64,000 nt of DNA, taken from NCBI GenBank assembly GCA_028534125.1, contig CM052819.1, positions 105,896,001 through 105,960,000 on the forward strand. Reading direction: 5' to 3'. Made by a program: the position numbers and the translations under genes. Below, piece after piece: positions 58,361-64,000 of this stretch. The number at the start of each line of letters is the position of its first letter. Position 1 is the first letter of the stretch. Below the pieces are notes generated by a model. The model did no database searches. It was not told the DNA's origin and saw only the letters and a program-made list of their open reading frames with translations. Source of the DNA: Lama glama. Its lineage: Eukaryota.

Positions 58361-61300
58361 AGCGTATCTGGCCACCTCAGGGTGTCCTGGCCCCGACACT
58401 GCTGCCACCTCGGGCGTCCTGGGTGTCACAGGGCACTCAGCGCCCGCCCGGCCGGTGCCTGCAGAAGCGCGCCCCCCGCGTGACAACCACCACCACCTCC
58501 AGGCACAGCCTGACGTCCCGCGGGGCGAGGCCACCCGTAGTGACAACACTGGTCCAGACCTGCTGCCCACCGTCTGCTGCAGCCTTGCTGAACACGTGGG
58601 GGCCCCGTCCACGCAGTCGGCGCACGGACTCTGCCGGAACGGCTGCAGTGTGGCCGGCATCCTGCCGACTGGATGTCCGTGACTGTATCAGACAAGGATG
58701 CTTCTGGGGTTTTTTTTATTACTATAGTGAATGTTGAAATGAACCTCCTCACACAGAGGTCTTTGTGACACTTCTGATGAAGAAATTCCCACGGTGGGAA
58801 CTATTGGGTCAGAGAACATACAGTACAAATTATAAACATCTATTTTAGTATCTCAGGTTTATTTTGGCACAATGCTGAAAGGAGACAGTCTTCTGTAAAC
58901 CAGGGGCCTGATCTAAAGGGCGGTGACCATGACTTCTGCACCCAGCGCGGGCCAGGCACACACAGTCCAGGTGAAGCGAGAGCCGGGAGCCCTGGCACCC
59001 GCAGGTGTGAACTGGCTTCACCCAGGCGCTGGCGGTAACGCGGGGGTGCGGTCAGCCAAGGGTCCCAGCCGTTCAGGAAGGGGAGGAGCCTTCTCGTTTC
59101 ACCACAGCCTCTGGGCCCTGATCTGGAGATGGGACCGCAGCCTGGCCATGGAGCAGGCAGGGAGGTTCCCACGCCGGCCGCTGTACGAAGGCCGGGGCGG
59201 GACAGAAGCGGGCGGCGAGACTCCAAGGCACTTCACATCTTTTCGAGCCACTGAGGCTGAACCGCCGTCCTGCCACCACAGGCTCTTCCTGCCTGACAGA
59301 GGCACGTCCACCTCCAACACCACAGCCAAGGCCCACAGGTGACGCGGGCCAGACACCCCAGAGCTGGGAGAGGTGAAGTCAAGGGTCTAAGACCACGTTG
59401 AACCTCTGTTCTGACCCAAGTGAGTCAAAGTCAGAGAGGCAGAGTTCAGGAGGCCTGCCCATCGGGGGGGCTGGAAGGCCCGGCCGTCCTCTGCTGGGTC
59501 ACACGCTCAGGCTTCACAGTGAGCACGGCTGGGAGTCACTCAGGTTTATTTCCAACTTTTAATCAGAGAACAGGCTGTGGCAACGTTACTACTGTTAGTT
59601 TGCTGTGTTCCCCACCCCAGTCCCTAATCTTCTTCTTCCAGGGTAGAGATCTGGGGTCACCCAGGACACGCCTGCATCCCCTCACATAACAGGCACTCTG
59701 TATTTGTCTCTCGAGCACCGGAAAAGATGTTTTCCTCACTGCACAGCTGAGAGGACGGAGGCCCCGAGGTGAGCACGCCTGCAGAGGCCGACCGCAGCAG
59801 GCACCCAGAGGTGGAGGCCGGCATGGCTTTTAGGGACACGAGGGTCTGGAAGAAACCCTGGAAACGATCAAAGAATAGAGAGAGAAAAGAACACCCATCG
59901 CTATGGAGTGGGACTCAGCCAGCTGTCTGCCAAACAGCAGGGGGAGCGAGCCAGCAGGAGGACAGTTAATTCCTTAATGGGTGTTTGAGCACATCTGGGA
60001 ACGGCCTCCTGCTCTGCCAGGGTCTGGAACAGGACCAAAGACCACAAACTCACCAGATCTTGAAGCAGGGGAATTCCACACTAATGCAGAAAGCCTCATT
60101 CAACATAAAAGTGGTCTACCTAGAAGTAGTCCTAATTGCTTTTTAAGACAGGTTTTCAAAATACTGGTTTAATTTTATGCTCTTTACCTATAATCAGTAA
60201 TTTTACCCTAACAGATTCTTAACCACAAACACTTAAAGAACCACCCTGGAAGGCTCAAGCGTCCCTGTAAGGCCTTCTAAAGAAGTCTGCGTGGACGTGC
60301 TCAGGCACCACTGCCAAAGACGGAAGAACTGTCAGGCGACCGCGCGCTCCGCACCCACAGAGGCCCCCCGACAACCGTGCACCCCCGCCAGGCTTGCTGC
60401 CCTGGTGGTGTGCCTATGTGTCTGCACGAACACAGAAAGAATGAATATGACGTCATAAAGGAAAAGAACAGGTTACAAATCAAGTTCATATGACATGATC
60501 TCCTGTTTCTCTAAAAATAAAGCTGCAGCTGGGCTGAGTGTACAATGCCCTGTTCCATGAAAACAAGGACACTGCTGACCAGGAGACTCACCGTCCAACT
60601 CGTAACTGCTTTCGGGGAGTGAAGACACAATACCATGTTAGACCCACATACAGGCTGCGAAGTCATCCTCCTGCCAGAAATATTTAAACACCGAAGGAAA
60701 GACAGGCATCGCAGGCCCAAGCAATCAGGGCATTCAGATCACCGGGAAGCATTAGTCTCGATGCCCTTTCTCCGGACTGCATTTATTGATGATTTTTTAA
60801 ATAATTTGCTTTTCAAAAAATTTCATTTTCACATCAACTTCCATGTATTAATCTAACCCACAGACAACATTCAGCAGCAATTTGTTTCTCAGACTAAATG
60901 TGATGTAAGCAACAGGCAAACGAAGAAAGTCTGACGATGTCAACATTACCGCCTCAAACCAGAGTTCATGCTTGCTCCAGCAAAGTCACACTCCCTCTAG
61001 GCTCCCCCACACCTCTCCATCAACGAAATCCAACCTGAAAACTTCCTACCTAATTAAAGGACCTCATTTTACTAGCGAGAATACCGAAACTGATGATAAA
61101 CCCCAACTTCCTAAATTACACCTGCCCACATTTTGTTACAAATTCACTGAGTCTAAAAATGGCCGAGGACTGCACATCTAAAGTAGAAGAGACACAAAGG
61201 GCCTGGGTCGTGGGCCAAAGAACACGCTGGAATCTGGGGTCAACTGGGCTCTTTTCAAGCAACATCACCATGAGGGAAATACTGTGAAATCCAGTCCAGA

Positions 61301-61439
61301 TCTTTCTGGAATGGGGACAGGAACCACACTGCTCACCTTTGAACTAAGCCACGTCTCGAGTCAGGGACAAGGGAAGGCCAGACAAGGCAGAGGGGAAAAG
61401 GAGCAGCAGCAGAGGAGGAGTACAACATGGGGGTGTGGG

Positions 61440-61490
61440 AGGAGGAAGTGGGGGGAGGAGGAAGTGGGGGGAGGAGGAAGTGGGGAGGAG
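61440..61490. repeat. Purine-rich 16-bp tandem repeat (AGGAGGAAGTGGGGGG, about 3 copies)
   Basis: Copies start at 61440, 61456 and 61472 within a longer GA-rich tract. Confidence 0.85.
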
Positions 61491-61934
61491 ACTGTGGGGG
61501 GCAGAGGGGAGGAGCGGGAGAGGAAGGTGAGGAGGAAGCCAGGCGCACAGTGGGCAGGGCAGGGCCCGGGCGGCACCCACATGCTGAGGCCCCCTGCCCA
61601 CGGTCAGAGCCCCAGGCTCACAGGACTTCTTGCAGCCAAAGCCCACTCGGCGGCTAGCCCAGCACAGCCAGCCACACGACACCCAGACTTTATTATCCTG
61701 AAACCACAAATACAAATACTCACGCTCGCCCTTCTCACGGCTCCAAGGAAACACTCTCACTGCTCTGGATGGATGTCTGTGCTGCTTTCTGCTCTCAGAT
61801 CAGCAGGTGAGAGAAAGCCTCAACCTAAGAGCACACCTGGCCTCTTGCCGGTGGACACTTTTGCGCTGGAGGTGACTCACAGGCCTAGTTTCCAGTCAAG
61901 GCTTAAAACCGAACAGCACATGGGATCAACTTAC

Positions 61935-61980
61935 ATGATCAACGCCTCCCACTCAAAAAAGTTCTCTTCGTTCATGGGGC
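61935..61980 (-). CDS. UBE2G2: UBE2G2 exon 3 (46 nt)
   Basis: CTGCAG acceptor and GTAAG donor; encodes (G)PMNEENFFEWEALI(M). Confidence 0.96.
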
Positions 61981-62075
61981 CTGCAGGGAAAGAAGGAATT
62001 CCACATTTTAACTTTGAGGGCAACTTTGGCAACCAGAAGCAAATTATAAAGAGGCTAATTCCACACCAAACTTAC

Positions 62076-62111
62076 CTGCCACAATTCCTTCCGGAGGGTT
62101 CAAGGTTAATT
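62076..62111 (-). CDS. UBE2G2: UBE2G2 exon 2 (36 nt)
   Basis: TTTTGTAG acceptor and GTAAG donor; encodes (Q)LTLNPPEGIVA(G), with a 95-nt intron to exon 3. Exons 2-6 total 455 nt, so a 165-aa protein needs 43 coding nt from an exon 1 outside the window. Confidence 0.95.
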
Positions 62112-63089
62112 CTACAAAATTAAAAAGTAAAACCATTATGAAAAAGAATGATTATGTTGCATTTTAACTAAAAAGTGTAAAGCATACCAAAGACTATCAA
62201 TTACATGGTACACATATTAACAGATGAAAATGCTGCTTGTCCCAAGTGAATGTCTGCTCCAGTTACATTTCTGACCAAGACTCTGTAAGCAGTCCTTTAT
62301 AACAGCAGAGCAGTTTCAGAACTGTAAACACTTACAAATGAAGAAACATCCAAGAGAGTCAACTGTCTTTCCAAAATACTCCCTCTGGATATTTTGATTA
62401 AAGCGCATAAATCAATCACAGTATATTATTTCCTAACTGAAATGGACTTTCTGTCATTGCGAAAGTTGGAACAAACCTTTCTGAAGGTGATAAACTAGAG
62501 CTGTGAATAGCACTGAGGTTTAAAAAGCCTGGTATCCTCAAGTTCATCAAGTGGTCTACAGGCTGGCTGTCGACCTCCGACTCCAGGCTACAAAACCTGT
62601 GGGCCCCCGGGCGTGAGGCCCCACAGGGTATCAGACCAACACCGGGAGCAGAAACAGGAGAAAACCAGTCGGCAGCAGCGTCTCTTGGCAATTTAAGAAG
62701 GTGAGAAGTTGCTCAAAGCCTGGAGGCCCAGCTCTGCCGCCTGGGAGCTGCTGCTGAGGAATGTGACTCCCACCCTCGGCCTCCTCAGTGTGCACACAGG
62801 AGGCCCCAGCGTGAAACCACGCCTGTGGACGGACTGGAAAGTGGATGACGGGAGATGGAAGGGGACGCGGGCAAGACGGGCAGCCACGCAGGACCACGGG
62901 GCCAGACGGCCAGTGCCTCCCGTCTGGGCCGAGTGCCACGCCAGGATGCTACTAGAATAGTGAGGAGCACGACAAAACCAGACAGACATACCATTAACAG
63001 TCCCTGCCAAACAAACACAAGGCGTAAAGACTGGAAAAGAGGAAACAGAGCCGTCACTGTCCTCAGATGCTGTGCGTACCGACACGGAG

Positions 63090-63760
63090 AGTCCAGAAGA
63101 ATCTAGAGGTAAATTATGAGAAAAAGTCTGCCGAAGCTGCTGAATACAGGGTCAGCAAACAGAACTGAGTTGTATTTCTACACACAGCAAGTGAGAAGAG
63201 GAAACCTAGGGAAGACAACCATTACAACGGGTAATGTGTAGAAACAAGTGCTTCACAGATGTACAAGACCCGTTACAGAACAGAAATTATTAACACGTAG
63301 TATTAAAAGACCTTAATAAGTGGAGATTTTATCACACAGATTAAAGAACTCAGTATTGCAAAGTTACCCATCCTCCTCACGCTGAAACCTACGGATCAAG
63401 TGCAACCTCAGCCAAAATCCCAGCAGGTTTTCCTGGAATTTTACAAGGTAATTAGTCCTAAAACATCTGTGAAAATGCAAACGGCCAAGAACAGCCAGGA
63501 CACTCTTCAAAAGGAGTAGATGGAGAACTGCACCCACGGGCCATCAAGGCTTCCGACAAAGCTACAGCCAGCCAGGCGACGGCACCGCACACGGCAGACC
63601 GGGGGAGAGAAGGGAGCGCGCCCGGAGCGGGCCGTCAGCCCGCGAGGAGGGCAGCAGCACCCAGAACGGAGGAGAAGGGCTGCCTGCCCACAGACGACGC
63701 TAATCTTTAAGAACAAAATATAAAGCCTTTTCCCTGCACACAAAAATCAAAGCGCGTGAG
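63090..63760 (+). mobile_element. Degenerate LINE-1 ORF2 fragment in UBE2G2 intron 1
   Basis: TAAAAGACCTTAATAAGTGGAGA, CAAAATCCCAGCAGGTTTT and GGCCAAGAACAGCCAGGACACTCTTCAAAA. Confidence 0.7.
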
Positions 63761-64000
63761 AAAACAGGGAGAAGGGGCAGGCGACATAACAGAAAACACA
63801 TACACAGGTCTCTGCCCCAGGTCCCAGCAGAGCTCCTAAATCCCTCGTAAATTCACAAGGGCAGGCGCAGTAGGAGGGTCTTTTGTCCTAATGAGGTGGC
63901 TCCGGGGGGGCTCGGGGCAGAAGGGGGGGTAAGACCAGGCCACAGTTCGGGTTCAGCCTCACCCCCAGCCCCCAAGGTAGTGAGGGGCCTGGAACTGGGG

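Noticed and set aside
61284-62123. 279-aa plus-strand ORF overlapping UBE2G2 exons 2-3
   Set aside because: It has a non-ATG start, is antisense to real exons, is partly encoded by a purine repeat and shows no protein features.

Overview
This is GC-rich mammalian genomic DNA. The tRNA-derived SINEs and a cetartiodactyl-type L1 3' end suggest a camelid, which is an inference from recalled repeat consensus sequences. The gene order matches the TSPEAR/KRTAP/UBE2G2 region of human 21q22.3. From left to right: (1) an intronless KRTAP12-family gene (minus, 2369-2596) and an intronless KRTAP10-family gene (plus, 8383-9033), both inside intron 1 of TSPEAR; (2) TSPEAR coding exon 1 (minus, 16428-16512) with a CpG-rich promoter; (3) about 30 kb of intergenic DNA containing decayed L1s, MaLR LTRs, MER5A, SINEs and an intact-looking solo ERV LTR (21690-22253); (4) UBE2G2 coding exons 2-6 and 3'UTR (minus, about 46050-62111), with exon 1 beyond the right edge. 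Nearly all other ORFs in the track are artefacts of high GC content. I see no evidence for a wholly new biological system. The best leads are a Cys-depleted, Tyr-substituted KRTAP12, a KRTAP10 with an expanded CCEPx repeat and a premature stop, a solo LTR carrying seven phased CCAAT boxes plus an octamer about 5 kb upstream of TSPEAR, candidate ectodermal enhancers, and a possible recursive splice site in UBE2G2 intron 4. Repeat boundaries and family names are by eye and approximate.
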